DNA of 64,000 nucleotides from Nocardia sp. (GCA_014360565.1 JACIXH010000004.1:14429-78428); one strand, 5' to 3'. Shown: positions 1 through 11,088, counted from the first letter of the stretch. Program-made: numbers and translations. The notes: generated from the sequence alone by a model not told the origin.

Positions 1-1665
1 TGTCGGCCCGGCGATCCCGTTCTGCATACCGTGGCCGAAGGCGATGACGCGCGGCGTCGCGAACAACGGAATGCTCGGCAGCTGCGCCCACAGCAGGTTC
101 TCGGCCTCGGTCAGCAGGTTCAGCGTCGCGGTCGAGTTGGCCTCGCCCGCAAGCTGATCGGTGATCGCATCGTAGCGACCGTTAGCAAAGCCACCGAAAT
201 CGAGGCCGCTACCCGCCCGCAACGCGGCGAACGCGACGACGCCCGCGCTCGACCCCGCCGGCCCCGGCACCGCGCCGGTTCCGCCGAGTACCGCGTCGAC
301 CGCCCCTTCGGGCAGCTTCAGCGGGGTGAAGTCGGGCGCACCCGCGTCGACCACGGTGATTCCCGCGCCACGGCAGGAATCGGCGATCATCGCCACGGTC
401 TGCGCACGGCGCGCATCCGGGCCCTGGTAACCGATCCGTACCGTCGGCCGGGCCGTGCCGGAGGAGGCCAGAGTCGCCGTCGCCGCGGGGATGTCGGCGC
501 CGCGATACCGCTCGGCCCCGCCGATCACTGCGGGGTAGTACAACGAATCCTGCTGCACGACATGGGCATTCAACACACCGGCGCCGAGGCCGTGCTTCGC
601 GGGCTCGCCCGCCTTACCCAGGGTGTCGAACAGCGCTTGGCGCGGCACACACTGTGCGAACGCCCGCCGCACCTCCACCTGTGAGAACACCCCACCGGTG
701 GCGAGCACGAGTTGTTCGGCGCTGCGGCTGGGCAGGATCTGCTCGTCGAAGCCCTCGAGCTTCAGATCCGCGACCGACCCGGCCCCGAGATCGACGACCC
801 CGAGCGCGTTCTCCCCCGCCTTCGCCGCGAAGTCGGTGCCCTTGGGCCACACCACGATTCGCTTCGTCTCGGGCGGGTCACCCCACCACTTCTCGTTGGC
901 GACGAGCACCAAACCGTCCTTCACACTGAAGGATTCGATCCGATACGGACCCGACGACGGGAACTTCGTCAGATCGAGCTCCCCGGGCTTCATCGTCCAG
1001 CCGTTGTTCCAGAAATCGGCGATCCGATCGATCACCGCACCGTCGCCGGTCTGCAAGGCGTCCACCACATTCGGCACACCGACCGCCTGCGCCACCACAT
1101 GCGCGGGCATCACCTCGGCCGCGCTGAACAGCGTCCGCCACGGCAGGTAGTGCTTGCCGGGCCGGAACACCACCGTGGCGTCCTTGGAGCCCGGCTGGCA
1201 GTCGATCCGTTCGATCTCGTCGTAGCCGGCGGTGCTCGCCGCGTCGAACAGCGAGACCGGCCCGCGTTCGCCGGGGCGGGTGTACTTGCCCGAGCGCGCC
1301 GACCACGCGAGCACCAGGTCGTCGCAGGAGGTCTTCACTGCGTCGGAGTACACCCCGTCCGGATTGAGCCGGTACTGCACCGTCTGGGTCTCGCCGGGCA
1401 CTTCCTTGGCCGTGCCGACATCGGTGTCGGCCACCTGCTGACCATCGGGTCCGGTGTAGAAGAAGCCCGTGAGCACGCGACCGAACACCGCCGCGGTGCC
1501 GCTACTGGCGCCGAGCGTGCTCGCGCCGTTGTAGCTGGCGACCGCGGCGTCGACCGCGTATCCGATGGAAGGCACCTGGTTCTTGGTGGAGCACCCGGCC
1601 ACCACGGAGGTGGTCACAGCCGCCGTGGCGAGCACGGTGATCAGCCGAATCGTGCTGCGTCGCAT
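1..1665 (-). CDS. ABC transporter substrate-binding lipoprotein, family 5-like (Rv2585c-like); 3' end runs off the window
   Basis: Manual translation from ATG 1665: MRRSTIRLITVLATAAVTTSVVAGC (lipobox) ... SSGPYRIES ... LVANEKWWG; located directly downstream of secF as in mycobacteria. Confidence 0.8.
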   Translation of the reverse strand, partial: MRRSTIRLITVLATAAVTTSVVAGCSTKNQVPSIGYAVDAAVASYNGASTLGASSGTAAVFGRVLTGFFYTGPDGQQVADTDVGTAKEVPGETQTVQYRLNPDGVYSDAVKTSCDDLVLAWSARSGKYTRPGERGPVSLFDAASTAGYDEIERIDCQPGSKDATVVFRPGKHYLPWRTLFSAAEVMPAHVVAQAVGVPNVVDALQTGDGAVIDRIADFWNNGWTMKPGELDLTKFPSSGPYRIESFSVKDGLVLVANEKWWGDPPETKRIVVWPKGTDFAAKAGENALGVVDLGAGSVADLKLEGFDEQILPSRSAEQLVLATGGVFSQVEVRRAFAQCVPRQALFDTLGKAGEPAKHGLGAGVLNAHVVQQDSLYYPAVIGGAERYRGADIPAATATLASSGTARPTVRIGYQGPDARRAQTVAMIADSCRGAGITVVDAGAPDFTPLKLPEGAVDAVLGGTGAVPGPAGSSAGVVAFAALRAGSGLDFGGFANGRYDAITDQLAGEANSTATLNLLTEAENLLWAQLPSIPLFATPRVIAFGHGMQNGIAGPT

Positions 1666-1690
1666 GATGAGACCCCCTGCTTGTCGGTCG

Positions 1691-2875
1691 TCAGTGCCTT
1701 CTCTTCTGCCGCTTTCCGCTCGGCCGCGAACCCGGCCGCGGCGCACCGCTGTCGGTCGGTCGAGGGCCGCGGGGCGCCGAAGCACCCGCGCCCACCGGAA
1801 CCCGAGCGCCGGAGGCGCCCTCTGCCCGCTTGGCCAGGACCTTCTTCGTGTGCGCAGCCACCGGACCCCACCGTTCCTTGATCGATACCAGCACCGGCAC
1901 GGCGAAGAAGACCGACGAGTAGGCGCCCACGATCATGCCGACCATCTGCACCAGCGCGAGGTCCTTCAGGGTGCCCACACCCAGCAACCAGACCGCGATC
2001 ACCAGCATGCCGATGATCGGCAGGATGCCGATGATCGTGGTGCTGATCGAGCGCATCAACGTCTGGTTGGCAGCGAGGTTGGCCTGTTCGGCGTAGGTCC
2101 GTTTGTTCAGGTGCATCACACCGCGGGTGTTCTCCTCGACCTTGTCGAACACCACGACGTTGTCGTAGAGCGCGAAGCCCAGAATCGTGAGCAGACCGAT
2201 CACCGCAGCCGGCGTCACTTCGAACCCGACCAGCGAGTAGATCCCCGCGGTGACGATCAGGTTGAAGAACAGCGACACGATCGCCGCGATCGACATGTCC
2301 CGTTCGAAGCGGATCGCGATGTAGATCATCGTCGCCAGCACGAACACCAGCAGCGCGATCAGGGCTTTCTGGGTGATCTGCCCACCCCAGGTCTCGCTGA
2401 TGTCGGCGACACTGATCGCGTCGCGACTCACCGCACCGGAGGCGTCCTTCGGCTCGAACTCCGTGAGCATGGCGGTGGTCACCGCGTCGATCTGCTCGAT
2501 GTCGAGGGTTTCGGACCGGACCTGGATGGTGGCGCTGGCCCCGGCACCGACCTTCTGCACCGAGACCGGGCCGTGGCCGATGGCGTCGGAGTAGACGTCC
2601 TCCACCTGCTGGGTGGTCATCTCGGCGGTGGCCGGGATCTGGATCCGCGAACCACCGGTGAAGTCGATGCCGAGAGTGAAGCCGCGCACCGCGATGCTGA
2701 GCAACGACACCAGCACGAAGATCGCCGCCAGCGAGTAGAACAGCTTGCGCCTGCTGACGATGGGGAAGCCACCGGTGCCGGTGTAGAGCCGCTCCAAGAA
2801 GCTGTGCCGCGGCGCCGGGCCGGATCCGCGCTTGTCGAGTGCCACCGGGTCGCCGGTGGGATGGGCGTTGGTCAT
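1691..2875 (-). CDS. secF: protein translocase subunit SecF
   Basis: LGIDFTGG motif, YDNVVVFDKVEEN, NQTLMRSI; overlaps secD stop. Confidence 0.95.
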   Translation of the reverse strand: MTNAHPTGDPVALDKRGSGPAPRHSFLERLYTGTGGFPIVSRRKLFYSLAAIFVLVSLLSIAVRGFTLGIDFTGGSRIQIPATAEMTTQQVEDVYSDAIGHGPVSVQKVGAGASATIQVRSETLDIEQIDAVTTAMLTEFEPKDASGAVSRDAISVADISETWGGQITQKALIALLVFVLATMIYIAIRFERDMSIAAIVSLFFNLIVTAGIYSLVGFEVTPAAVIGLLTILGFALYDNVVVFDKVEENTRGVMHLNKRTYAEQANLAANQTLMRSISTTIIGILPIIGMLVIAVWLLGVGTLKDLALVQMVGMIVGAYSSVFFAVPVLVSIKERWGPVAAHTKKVLAKRAEGASGARVPVGAGASAPRGPRPTDSGAPRPGSRPSGKRQKRRH

Positions 2876-4572
2876 CGTGACATCTCCTTCGGCCGGGCCT
2901 GGCCCGCGCCGGTTTCCCTGGCGATCTGCTGCACCACGCCGAGGCCGTTCACCGACGGCTTGGCCCAGAACGGCGAGCGCGCGGCGAGCATCATCAACGG
3001 TGCGGTAACCAGGTACAGCACGATCACGTCGAGGACGGTCGTGACACCGAGAGTGAAGGCGAAGCCCTTGACCTGGCCGGCGGCGAGCACATAGAGCACC
3101 ACCGCGGCGATCAGGCTGACCGTCTTACCGGACAGGTTGGTGCGCTGGGCCCTGGCCCAGCCGCGCGGCACCGCCGATCGGAAACTGCGCCCTTCACGCA
3201 TCTCGTCCTTGATGCGTTCGAAGAACACCACGAACGAGTCGGCGGTCAGACCGATACCGATGATCAGACCGGCGATGCCGGCCAGGTCGAGGGTGAACCC
3301 GATCCAGCGCCCGAGCAGCACGATGATGCCGTAGACGGCGAAACCGGCCGCGATCAGCGAGAACCCGGCCAGAATGCCGAGCAGGCGATAGACCAGCAGG
3401 CAATACATCAGCACCGCGATCAGGCCGATGGCGCCGGCGAGCAGACCCGCCTTCAGCGAGGACAGACCCAGCGTCGCCGAGACCGTTTCCGCTTCCGAGG
3501 TCTGGAACGACAGCGGCAACGAACCGTACTTCAGCGTGTTGGCCAGCTCGGCCGCGCTGTCGGCGGTGAAGCTGCCCGAGATCGACGTGCGACCACCCAG
3601 CTGCGGACCCTGCTGCACCTGCGGCGCGCTCACGACCTTCGTGTCGAGTACGAACGCGACCCGCTTGTTCACGTACTCACCGGTCAGCGCGGACCAGGCG
3701 TCGGCGCCCCCGGACTTGAATTCGAGGTTCACCTCGTGGCGGGCCTGCTGGGCGTTCAGGCCGGAGGTCGCGTCGGCGATCTCCTGGCCGTCGATGCGGC
3801 TGGGGCCGAGCAGGAACACCTCGGTGCCGTCCTGCGAGCAGGCGACCAGCGGCAGGGCCGGGTCGTCGTTACCGGTCAGCGGGTCGGGCTTGGTGCAGTC
3901 CATGCTCGCCAGGGCGACCTGCTGGGTGGCCTGGTCGGTGCTCTGACGCAGCTGTTTGGCATCGGCGATGTCCTTGGCCTGCTGCTGCTGATAGGTGAGC
4001 CCGCCCGGCGGCGGCGTCGGGGTCGGCGGTGCCTGGGCGGGGAACACCCGTGACTGCGGTGCCGGAGTGGTCGGCGCCTCGGCGGGCGGGGTCGCCTCGC
4101 CGGTCTCGGGTGCGGGAGCGTCCGTCGCGGGCGGTGCGGTACCTCCCGGTGGCGCGGTGCCGGTCGCGGGCGGTGCCGCCCCGCCTACCTGCGGCTCGGT
4201 GGCGAAAAGCACCGGGCGGATGTAGAGCTTGGCGGTGGTGGCCAGCGCGCGTGCCTGCTGGCTGTCGTCACCGGGCACCGTGATGACCAGGTTGTCACCG
4301 TCGATGACCACCTCGGAGCCGGCGACGCCGAGACCGTTCACACGGGCGTCGATGATCTCCTGAGCCTTCTTCAGGCTGTCCTGGCTCGGCTTGCTGCCGT
4401 CGGGGGTGCGCGCGGTCAACGTGACGCGGGTACCGCCCTGCAGGTCGATGCCGAGCTTGGCCGACGGGGAATGGTCACCGGTGAAGAACACCAGCGCGTA
4501 GATCACGGCCAGCAGCGCGGCGTAGACGCCGAGCAACCGGAACGGATGCGCCGATCCTTGGGAAGGTGGCAC
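2872..4572 (-). CDS. secD: protein translocase subunit SecD
   Basis: KLGIDLQGG, LKYGSLPL, ADSFVVFFERIKDE, VKGFAFTL. Confidence 0.95.
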   Translation of the reverse strand: MPPSQGSAHPFRLLGVYAALLAVIYALVFFTGDHSPSAKLGIDLQGGTRVTLTARTPDGSKPSQDSLKKAQEIIDARVNGLGVAGSEVVIDGDNLVITVPGDDSQQARALATTAKLYIRPVLFATEPQVGGAAPPATGTAPPGGTAPPATDAPAPETGEATPPAEAPTTPAPQSRVFPAQAPPTPTPPPGGLTYQQQQAKDIADAKQLRQSTDQATQQVALASMDCTKPDPLTGNDDPALPLVACSQDGTEVFLLGPSRIDGQEIADATSGLNAQQARHEVNLEFKSGGADAWSALTGEYVNKRVAFVLDTKVVSAPQVQQGPQLGGRTSISGSFTADSAAELANTLKYGSLPLSFQTSEAETVSATLGLSSLKAGLLAGAIGLIAVLMYCLLVYRLLGILAGFSLIAAGFAVYGIIVLLGRWIGFTLDLAGIAGLIIGIGLTADSFVVFFERIKDEMREGRSFRSAVPRGWARAQRTNLSGKTVSLIAAVVLYVLAAGQVKGFAFTLGVTTVLDVIVLYLVTAPLMMLAARSPFWAKPSVNGLGVVQQIARETGAGQARPKEMSR

Positions 4573-4670
4573 AGCAGGTCATCTCCTAGGCGGAAGTCGA
4601 GGCTGGATCGGTGGGCACAACGGTGCCCAGCCCGGAACGCCAGTGCGCCCGGGCAGGGAAAAGGGACTGG

Positions 4671-5012
4671 TCAGTCCTTGGTCAGCCGGGTCTCGGTCTG
4701 TTCCACGGCTTCCTCGGCGGGGGCGTCGGTGACCTCGGGGGCCTGTTCGACCGCCTGCTCGTCGGCGCGCACCTCGCGGATGGCCTGACGCAGCCAGGTG
4801 GTGATCACGTCTTCGGCGATCTCCAGGTCGACGGTGTTCTCGTCGAGGTCGACGACGGTGCCGTACAGACCCGAGGTGGTGACGACAGCATCACCGACCT
4901 TCAAGGCTTCCTGCATCGTCGAGACCTTCTCGGCCTCCCGCTTCTGTTTGCGGATACCGAAGAACATCGGCACGAGCAGGGCCAGGATCAGCAGCGGAAA
5001 CAGGAAGTCCAT
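4671..5012 (-). CDS. yajC: preprotein translocase subunit YajC
   Basis: N-terminal TM, LKVGDAVVTTSGLYGTVV; upstream of secD. Confidence 0.92.
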   Translation of the reverse strand: MDFLFPLLILALLVPMFFGIRKQKREAEKVSTMQEALKVGDAVVTTSGLYGTVVDLDENTVDLEIAEDVITTWLRQAIREVRADEQAVEQAPEVTDAPAEEAVEQTETRLTKD

Positions 5013-5123
5013 CGTCGAAGTCAGTCCCTAGTCAGTGGTGGACGTGCAAGTACGCCTGACAGTCTGCCAGTTCCCCGCCGCGGCGACACACCGGACACCG
5101 GCGCGCGCGTGAAAACGCGGGAC

Positions 5124-6614
5124 TCAGACTGCGCGGCCGTAGGTGTAATCGTCGAGCGGGAAGGACACAGCTTCGCGGTGCGCGGCGGCGGTGCTGGTGG
5201 GACGCAACAGCGCCGCTTCACCGTGCTGGTTGAAGTAATAGCTGCGCGCGGAGGCGCAATCGCCGCCGTAGAAGACCGAGGACCCCAGCTTGCCGGTCAT
5301 CCGGTCGAGGAACTGCGCATTGGCCTGTTCGGTGACCTCGAAGGTGTGCTCGCCGCGACGGAACAACTCGGCGAACAAGCGCCCCATGTGTTTCATCTGG
5401 GCTTCGATCGTGGTGAAGTACGACAGCCCGCTGTAGGAGTAGGGACTGTTGAGGCTCAAGAAGTTGGGGAATTTGGGCACGGTGATGCCCTCGTAGGCCT
5501 GGAACCGGTTGTCGCGCCAGAACTTTCCGAGATTCACGCCATCGCGGCCGACGATCTCGATCGCCGGGAAATTCACGTCCCACAGGTTGAACCCGGTGGC
5601 CAGCAGCAGGGTGTCGATCTCGGTCTTGTGGCCGTCGGCGGTGACGATGCCGTCGGGTTCCACATGGTCGATCGAGTTGGTCTCGAGCCGTACGTGCGGT
5701 TGGTTGAACGTCTTGAAATAGGTGTTGGAGAACGTCGGGCGCTTGCAACCGAAGTCGTAGTGCGGAGTCAGCTTCTGCCTGGTCTCCGGATCACGCACCT
5801 GCGCGAACAGGTGCGCCTTGGCCATCGCTGCGGCTGCTCGGTTCAAGGGTTTGGCCTGCTTGTAATGCAGCACGCCCACGACCATCAACGCCTCGAGCAT
5901 GCCGGTATTGACCAGCCGTGCCGCCTTCTGCGTCAGCGGCACCTTGTCGAACAGTTCCCGCACCGCGCCCGGAATCGGAGCGTCGACCTTGGGCACCACC
6001 CAGATCGGGGTCCGCTGGAACACGGTCAGTTCGTCGACCTTCTTCGCGACTTCCGGCACCAACTGCACCGCCGTGGCGCCGGTGCCGATGACGGCTGCCT
6101 TACGGCCGGTCAGGTCATAATCGGCGTCCCAATCGGTGGTGTGGATGATCTTGCCCGCGAAGGACTCGATACCGGGGAACGGCGGCGTGTAGGGCTGCGA
6201 CAGGAACCCCGTCGCCGCGAGCAGATAGCGCGCGGTCAGCGTCTCACCGCCGGCGATCGTGACCACCCACTGCTGATTCTCGGCGTCCCAGCGCGCGCCG
6301 TCGACAACGGTGCCGAACCGCATCCGCCTGCGCAGATCGTATTTATCCGCCACATACTCGGCGTACTTCTTCAACTCGGCGCCCGGCGCGAACAAGCGGG
6401 TCCAGCGCGGGTTCGGCTCGAAAGAATAGGAGTAGGTCACCGAGGCGATGTCGACCGCCAGACCCGGATACCTGTTCACGTGCCAGGTGCCGCCCAGGTC
6501 GTCCTCCCGCTCCAGGATGACGAAATCGCGCAACCCGAGCCGGTCGAGCTCGATACCGGCCCCGATGCCACCGAAACCCGCTCCGACCACGACCGCGTCG
6601 AACTGAGGTACCAC
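5124..6614 (-). CDS. flavin-containing monooxygenase (BVMO-like)
   Basis: GAGFGG, GGTWHVNRYPG, FAGKIIHTTDW fingerprint, GTGATA, ATGF; GTG start at 6614 after GGAGG. Confidence 0.9.
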   Translation of the reverse strand: MVPQFDAVVVGAGFGGIGAGIELDRLGLRDFVILEREDDLGGTWHVNRYPGLAVDIASVTYSYSFEPNPRWTRLFAPGAELKKYAEYVADKYDLRRRMRFGTVVDGARWDAENQQWVVTIAGGETLTARYLLAATGFLSQPYTPPFPGIESFAGKIIHTTDWDADYDLTGRKAAVIGTGATAVQLVPEVAKKVDELTVFQRTPIWVVPKVDAPIPGAVRELFDKVPLTQKAARLVNTGMLEALMVVGVLHYKQAKPLNRAAAAMAKAHLFAQVRDPETRQKLTPHYDFGCKRPTFSNTYFKTFNQPHVRLETNSIDHVEPDGIVTADGHKTEIDTLLLATGFNLWDVNFPAIEIVGRDGVNLGKFWRDNRFQAYEGITVPKFPNFLSLNSPYSYSGLSYFTTIEAQMKHMGRLFAELFRRGEHTFEVTEQANAQFLDRMTGKLGSSVFYGGDCASARSYYFNQHGEAALLRPTSTAAAHREAVSFPLDDYTYGRAV

Positions 6615-6651
6615 GCCGAACCTCCACACTGAGATCGAGAATGCTCCAGTC

Positions 6652-6673
6652 TCAGAATGACACGTCATTCTGA
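6652..6673. promoter_or_regulatory. probable TetR operator (perfect 10-bp inverted repeat)
   Basis: TCAGAATGAC-AC-GTCATTCTGA between the divergent FMO and TetR genes. Confidence 0.7.
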
Positions 6674-6698
6674 TTACAGCGAATGTAACATCGTCAAT

Positions 6699-7328
6699 GT
6701 GACGAAGCCACCCTCGCGAATCGACCAGCGCAAAGCCGAATTGCGCAGGGAGATCATCGATACCGCCTTCGACTGCTTCGCCGAGAAGGGCTATCACGCC
6801 ACCGGAATCGCCGATATCGCCACACGTCTCGGTATCGGGCACGGCACCTTCTACCGCTACTTCGCGAACAAGCGCGACATCATCGACCATGTCATCGACG
6901 AGGTGAGCGGGCGCATCTTCGGCGCGCTCGACAACGGCATGGAGCCCGAAAGCGCCGCCACCATCGAGGAATACGCCGCGCTGATCGACCGGATCGGCGA
7001 TTCACTCAACCGCGTTCTGCTCGCCGATCCGCGCACCGCGCATCTATTGCTGTTCCACGCGACCGGTATCGACGACGAACTCACCGAGCGGGTCTACGGT
7101 CTGGTCGACGCCACCGAGGTCCTCATGACGCGCTACCTCGAGCACGGTGTGCGGGTCGGCTACCTGCGCGCCGACATCGATACCGCCAATACCGCCAAGG
7201 CGGCACTCGGCATGATCGTCGCCGGGCTCGTCGCAGGTATGCGAAGCCCTGATCCCGCCTCGATGTCGGTGTACAGTCACGCCGTGCGGCGGCTGTTCAT
7301 CGATGGCGTGCGCGCCGCTGCCCGATAG
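6699..7328 (+). CDS. TetR/AcrR family regulator
   Basis: FAEKGYHATGIADIATRLGIGHGTFYRYF HTH; GTG start 7 nt after TAACAT (possibly leaderless). Confidence 0.9.
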   Translation: MTKPPSRIDQRKAELRREIIDTAFDCFAEKGYHATGIADIATRLGIGHGTFYRYFANKRDIIDHVIDEVSGRIFGALDNGMEPESAATIEEYAALIDRIGDSLNRVLLADPRTAHLLLFHATGIDDELTERVYGLVDATEVLMTRYLEHGVRVGYLRADIDTANTAKAALGMIVAGLVAGMRSPDPASMSVYSHAVRRLFIDGVRAAAR

Positions 7329-7364
7329 CGAAAAGCCGTGGGATAGAAGGGCAATCCTGAGATA

Positions 7365-7943
7365 ATGACCGCTGTGACGCCCGACGATGTGAGCCGCACC
7401 CACTTCGCCATGCCGACCCTGGGGCATCGCGGCTACCACGCGGACGAGGTCGACGCCTTCCTGGAAAGCGTATCGGCCACCCTCGACGGGCAGGGCGCGC
7501 TCACCGCCGACGACATTCGCCACGTGCACTTCGGCGCACCCCGTTTCGGCGGTCGCGGGTATCAGGCCGACCAGGTCGACGACTTCCTCGACCGGGTGCG
7601 GACCGAGCTCGAACATCGCCAGAAGGGCGGGGCTCCCGTTCCGGCGGCGCGGGCGGGCGACAGTGTCGCCGAGATGCTCACCCCCGACGACGTGCACCGC
7701 ATGCGCTTCACCCAGTCCGCGGTGGGCAGGCGCGGCTATCACGAGGAAGAAGTCGACGCCTTCCTCGACCTGGTCGCGGCCACCCTGGCCCACAACGGCC
7801 CCGGCAGCCTCACCGCCGCCGACGTGCGCGGCGTCCGCTTCACCGACTCCCGCCTCGGCACCCGCGGCTACTCCCGCGACGAGGTGGACGCCTTCATAGA
7901 CCTGGTGATCACCGCCCTGGAACACCCCGAACGTAGACACTGA
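7365..7943 (+). CDS. DivIVA-domain repeat protein (4 tandem copies)
   Basis: Four repeats of T(P/A)xD(V/I)xxxxF...RGYxxx(E/Q)VDxF(L/I). Confidence 0.85.
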   Translation: MTAVTPDDVSRTHFAMPTLGHRGYHADEVDAFLESVSATLDGQGALTADDIRHVHFGAPRFGGRGYQADQVDDFLDRVRTELEHRQKGGAPVPAARAGDSVAEMLTPDDVHRMRFTQSAVGRRGYHEEEVDAFLDLVAATLAHNGPGSLTAADVRGVRFTDSRLGTRGYSRDEVDAFIDLVITALEHPERRH

Positions 7944-8093
7944 CCACCACGCGGGCCTTGCGCCAACGGCAACAGCCGACGGTTTTCGGCCGCCTTGATC
8001 TGGACTGGCCGAAGGGTGCGACGAAGGAGTGCCCGTAGGGAGGCAAGATCAAGGTTCCCAGGCCGAAAACCAGCGGCGCCGGCCGCCCATATC

Positions 8094-8606
8094 TCAGCCC
8101 TGGATGCTGTGCAGTTCGGCTTCGCGCAGGTCGTCGGGGAAAACGTAGCGCCGGAATGCCCAGAAGCGGAACGCCATGGCCAGCAGGACGCCGAGGATCT
8201 GTCCCGAGATGAAGTTGGCGGCCATCTGTACCGTCGGATCCACGTGCGGCACACGTAGATTCAGCACGTAGAGCGACAGGGCCTGCGGGATCATGGTGAC
8301 CGCGATGCCCAGTGCGCTCACCGTGAAGAACAGGGCGGCTTCGTGACTGCGCTGCCGCCCGCCGCGGGCGCGGAAGGACCACTCACGGTTGAGGATGTAG
8401 GAGGCGATGGTCGCGATCAGCGCGCCGAGCAGGCGCGCGGTGAGCGGCTTGTCGCCGAGCACGGTCAGTTTCACCGCGTACACCACTCCGGTGTCGATGA
8501 ACCAGGTGATCGCGCCGACGACGGCGAATTTGAGAAGTTCCCGATGTTTCAGGAGCAGGGAACGCAACGGCTCGGGGAATCGTTGCACCACCTCTAGGAC
8601 TGCCAC
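8094..8606 (-). CDS. GtrA family membrane protein
   Basis: ELLKFAVVG, SYILNREWSF, FRFWAFRRYVF; about 4 TM segments. Confidence 0.85.
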   Translation of the reverse strand: MAVLEVVQRFPEPLRSLLLKHRELLKFAVVGAITWFIDTGVVYAVKLTVLGDKPLTARLLGALIATIASYILNREWSFRARGGRQRSHEAALFFTVSALGIAVTMIPQALSLYVLNLRVPHVDPTVQMAANFISGQILGVLLAMAFRFWAFRRYVFPDDLREAELHSIQG

Positions 8607-8660
8607 CGAATCGACAGTAGACGACCTTGCGGTGCGGCGCCCGCCTGGAGCGCGGCGATC

Positions 8661-9755
8661 TCAGTCGGAGAGGTCGACGCTCGGCTGGGGTTCGCGCCCT
8701 CGCACTTCGATGGCGCCGATGACCAGGTCCGGCGGTGGCACCAGGCCGAGGTGTTCCCAGGCGCCCGCCGTCGCGACCCGCCCGCGGGGTGTCCGAGCGA
8801 CCAGTCCGGCACGGACGAGGAACGGTTCGCAGACCTCTTCCACGGTGGCCGCTTCCTCGCCGACGGCCACAGCCAGGGTCGACACGCCCACCGGTCCCCC
8901 ACCGAATCCGCGCACGAGCGCACCGAGGACGGCGCGGTCGAGCCGGTCGAGTCCCAGCGCGTCGACGTCGTAGACCTCGAGTGCCGCCATCACGATCGAG
9001 TGGGTGATGATGCCGTCGGCCCTGACCTCGGCGTAGTCGCGCACCCGGCGCAGCAGCCGGTTGGCGATACGCGGGGTGCCCCGGGAACGTCCGGCGACCT
9101 CGGCGGCGGCATCGTGATCGATCTGCACGCCGAGGATGCGCGCCGAGCGGATGAGGATCTGCAGCAGCTCGCCGGGGTCGTAGAAGTCCATGTGCCCGGT
9201 GAAGCCGAAGCGGTCGCGCAGCGGGCCGGTGAGCGCACCCGAGCGCGTGGTTGCCCCGACCAGGGTGAACGGGGCGATATCGAGGGGGATCGAGGTCGCG
9301 CCGGGGCCTTTGCCGACGACCACGTCGACGCGGAAGTCCTCCATCGCCAGATACAGCATTTCCTCGGCCGGGCGGGCCATGCGGTGGATCTCGTCGATGA
9401 ACAGGACATCGCCCTCGACCAGGTTGGACAGCATCGCGGCGAGGTCGCCCGCGCGTTCGAGCGCCGGACCCGAGGTGATGCGCAGTGCGGTGCCGAGTTC
9501 GCCCGCGATGATCATCGCCATGCTGGTCTTACCGAGGCCGGGCGGCCCGGACAGCAGGACGTGATCGGGGGTAGCGCCGCGTTGGCGGGCGCCGTGCAGG
9601 ACCAGCGCGAGCTGTTCGCGCACGCGGGGCTGGCCGATGAACTCGTCGAGCGAGGTCGGGCGCAGCCCGGTCTCGGCTTCGCCGTCGGTGCTGAGATATC
9701 GGGCGGTGAGCTCGGATTCGTCGGTCTCGTCGAAGCTGTCGGAGTCGGAGTACAC
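8661..9755 (-). CDS. ruvB: Holliday junction branch migration helicase RuvB
   Basis: [45 protein letters not shown]. Confidence 0.97.
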   Translation of the reverse strand: MYSDSDSFDETDESELTARYLSTDGEAETGLRPTSLDEFIGQPRVREQLALVLHGARQRGATPDHVLLSGPPGLGKTSMAMIIAGELGTALRITSGPALERAGDLAAMLSNLVEGDVLFIDEIHRMARPAEEMLYLAMEDFRVDVVVGKGPGATSIPLDIAPFTLVGATTRSGALTGPLRDRFGFTGHMDFYDPGELLQILIRSARILGVQIDHDAAAEVAGRSRGTPRIANRLLRRVRDYAEVRADGIITHSIVMAALEVYDVDALGLDRLDRAVLGALVRGFGGGPVGVSTLAVAVGEEAATVEEVCEPFLVRAGLVARTPRGRVATAGAWEHLGLVPPPDLVIGAIEVRGREPQPSVDLSD

Positions 9756-9758
9756 GGG

Positions 9759-10358
9759 TTACCTGTTCTTGCCCAGCAAGCCGAGCGCGGCACGCAAGGC
9801 CACCGAGGTGGTGGCGGTGGGCTGGTCGGCGAGAACGGCGTCGACGGCCTGTTCGGCCTGTTTCGCGGGGAAACCGAGGCCGATCAGTGCCTCACAAACC
9901 TGTTCGCGCACAGGGGTACTCGGTGTCTGCGCACCGGGTGGGCCGGTGGGGACAGCCACCTGGTTCACCTTGTCGCGCAGTTCGACGACCATCCGCTCGG
10001 CGCCGCGTTTGCCGATCCCGGGCACCCGGGTCAGTGCCGAAACATTGCTCTCGGCCAACGCCTTGCGCAGCGCTTCGGGTTCGAGCACCGCGAGCACCGC
10101 CATCGCCAGCCGTGGGCCGACGCCGGAAACGGTCTGCAACAGAGCGAACAGTTCACGCGCTTCGGTGTCGGCGAACCCGAACAGGGTCATCGAGTCCTCG
10201 CGCACGATCATCGCGGTGTAGAGACGGGTCTGCTCGCCGCGGGTGAGCCCGGCGAGGGTGGCCGGGGTGGCATTGAGGCGGTAGCCGACGCCCGCGGCCT
10301 CGATCACCACATGATCGAGCGCGATCTCGAGTACCTCACCGCGTACCGACGCGATCAC
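9759..10358 (-). CDS. ruvA: Holliday junction branch migration protein RuvA
   Basis: [38 protein letters not shown]; GTGA overlap with ruvC. Confidence 0.95.
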   Translation of the reverse strand: MIASVRGEVLEIALDHVVIEAAGVGYRLNATPATLAGLTRGEQTRLYTAMIVREDSMTLFGFADTEARELFALLQTVSGVGPRLAMAVLAVLEPEALRKALAESNVSALTRVPGIGKRGAERMVVELRDKVNQVAVPTGPPGAQTPSTPVREQVCEALIGLGFPAKQAEQAVDAVLADQPTATTSVALRAALGLLGKNR

Positions 10359-10924
10359 CCGCGCACCACCTTCCGTTGTTCGGCCAGCCGTTGTTCGTAG
10401 CGGCGGCGGACCGCCTCCGCCTGTGCCTGCGCCGCGGCCATCCGGTCCATCAGCGGCGCCCGCCAACAATGACAGATCGCCAGCGCGAGCGCGTCGGCGG
10501 CATCCGCCGGTTTCGGCGCCACCTGTAAGCCGAGAATCCGCGTCACCATCGCGGTGACCTGAGCTTTATCGGCCGTACCGTTGCCGGTGACGGCGGCTTT
10601 CACCTCACTGGGCGTATGGAACGCCACCCGGATACCGCGCCGCGCCGCGGCCAGCGCGATCACTCCACCGGCCTGCGCGGTGCCCATCGCGGTTCGCACA
10701 TTGTGCTGGGCGAACACCCGCTCGATCGCGACAGCTTCGGGCCGATGAGTGTCCATCCACTCTTCGGCGGCATCGGCGACTGCCATCAACCGCAACGCCA
10801 ACTCGGCCTCCGGCGGCGTGCGCACCACACCGACATCGAGGGCGACCACCTTCCGCCCCGGCCCACTGTCGACCATGCTGAGCCCGCACCGGGTGAGCCC
10901 GGGATCGACGCCCATCACCCGCAC
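10355..10924 (-). CDS. ruvC: crossover junction endodeoxyribonuclease RuvC
   Basis: [31 protein letters not shown]. Confidence 0.95.
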   Translation of the reverse strand: MRVMGVDPGLTRCGLSMVDSGPGRKVVALDVGVVRTPPEAELALRLMAVADAAEEWMDTHRPEAVAIERVFAQHNVRTAMGTAQAGGVIALAAARRGIRVAFHTPSEVKAAVTGNGTADKAQVTAMVTRILGLQVAPKPADAADALALAICHCWRAPLMDRMAAAQAQAEAVRRRYEQRLAEQRKVVRG

Positions 10925-11088
10925 CGGCCACCCCTTCGAAGACACGAACAGTTGTTCGAAAGTCTAGAGCATGTCCGGGTTCCGGCCGACCAACGACACG
11001 ATGCGCACGCCGGTCCCGGCGGTAACCCCCTCATCGCCCAATGGCCGTTCCCGACCATCGCGGGCACCTTCTATCGCCGAAGCGGGCA

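Noticed and set aside
3990-4200. Pro/Ala/Thr-rich repeats within secD
   Set aside because: Ordinary low-complexity linker common in actinobacterial SecD
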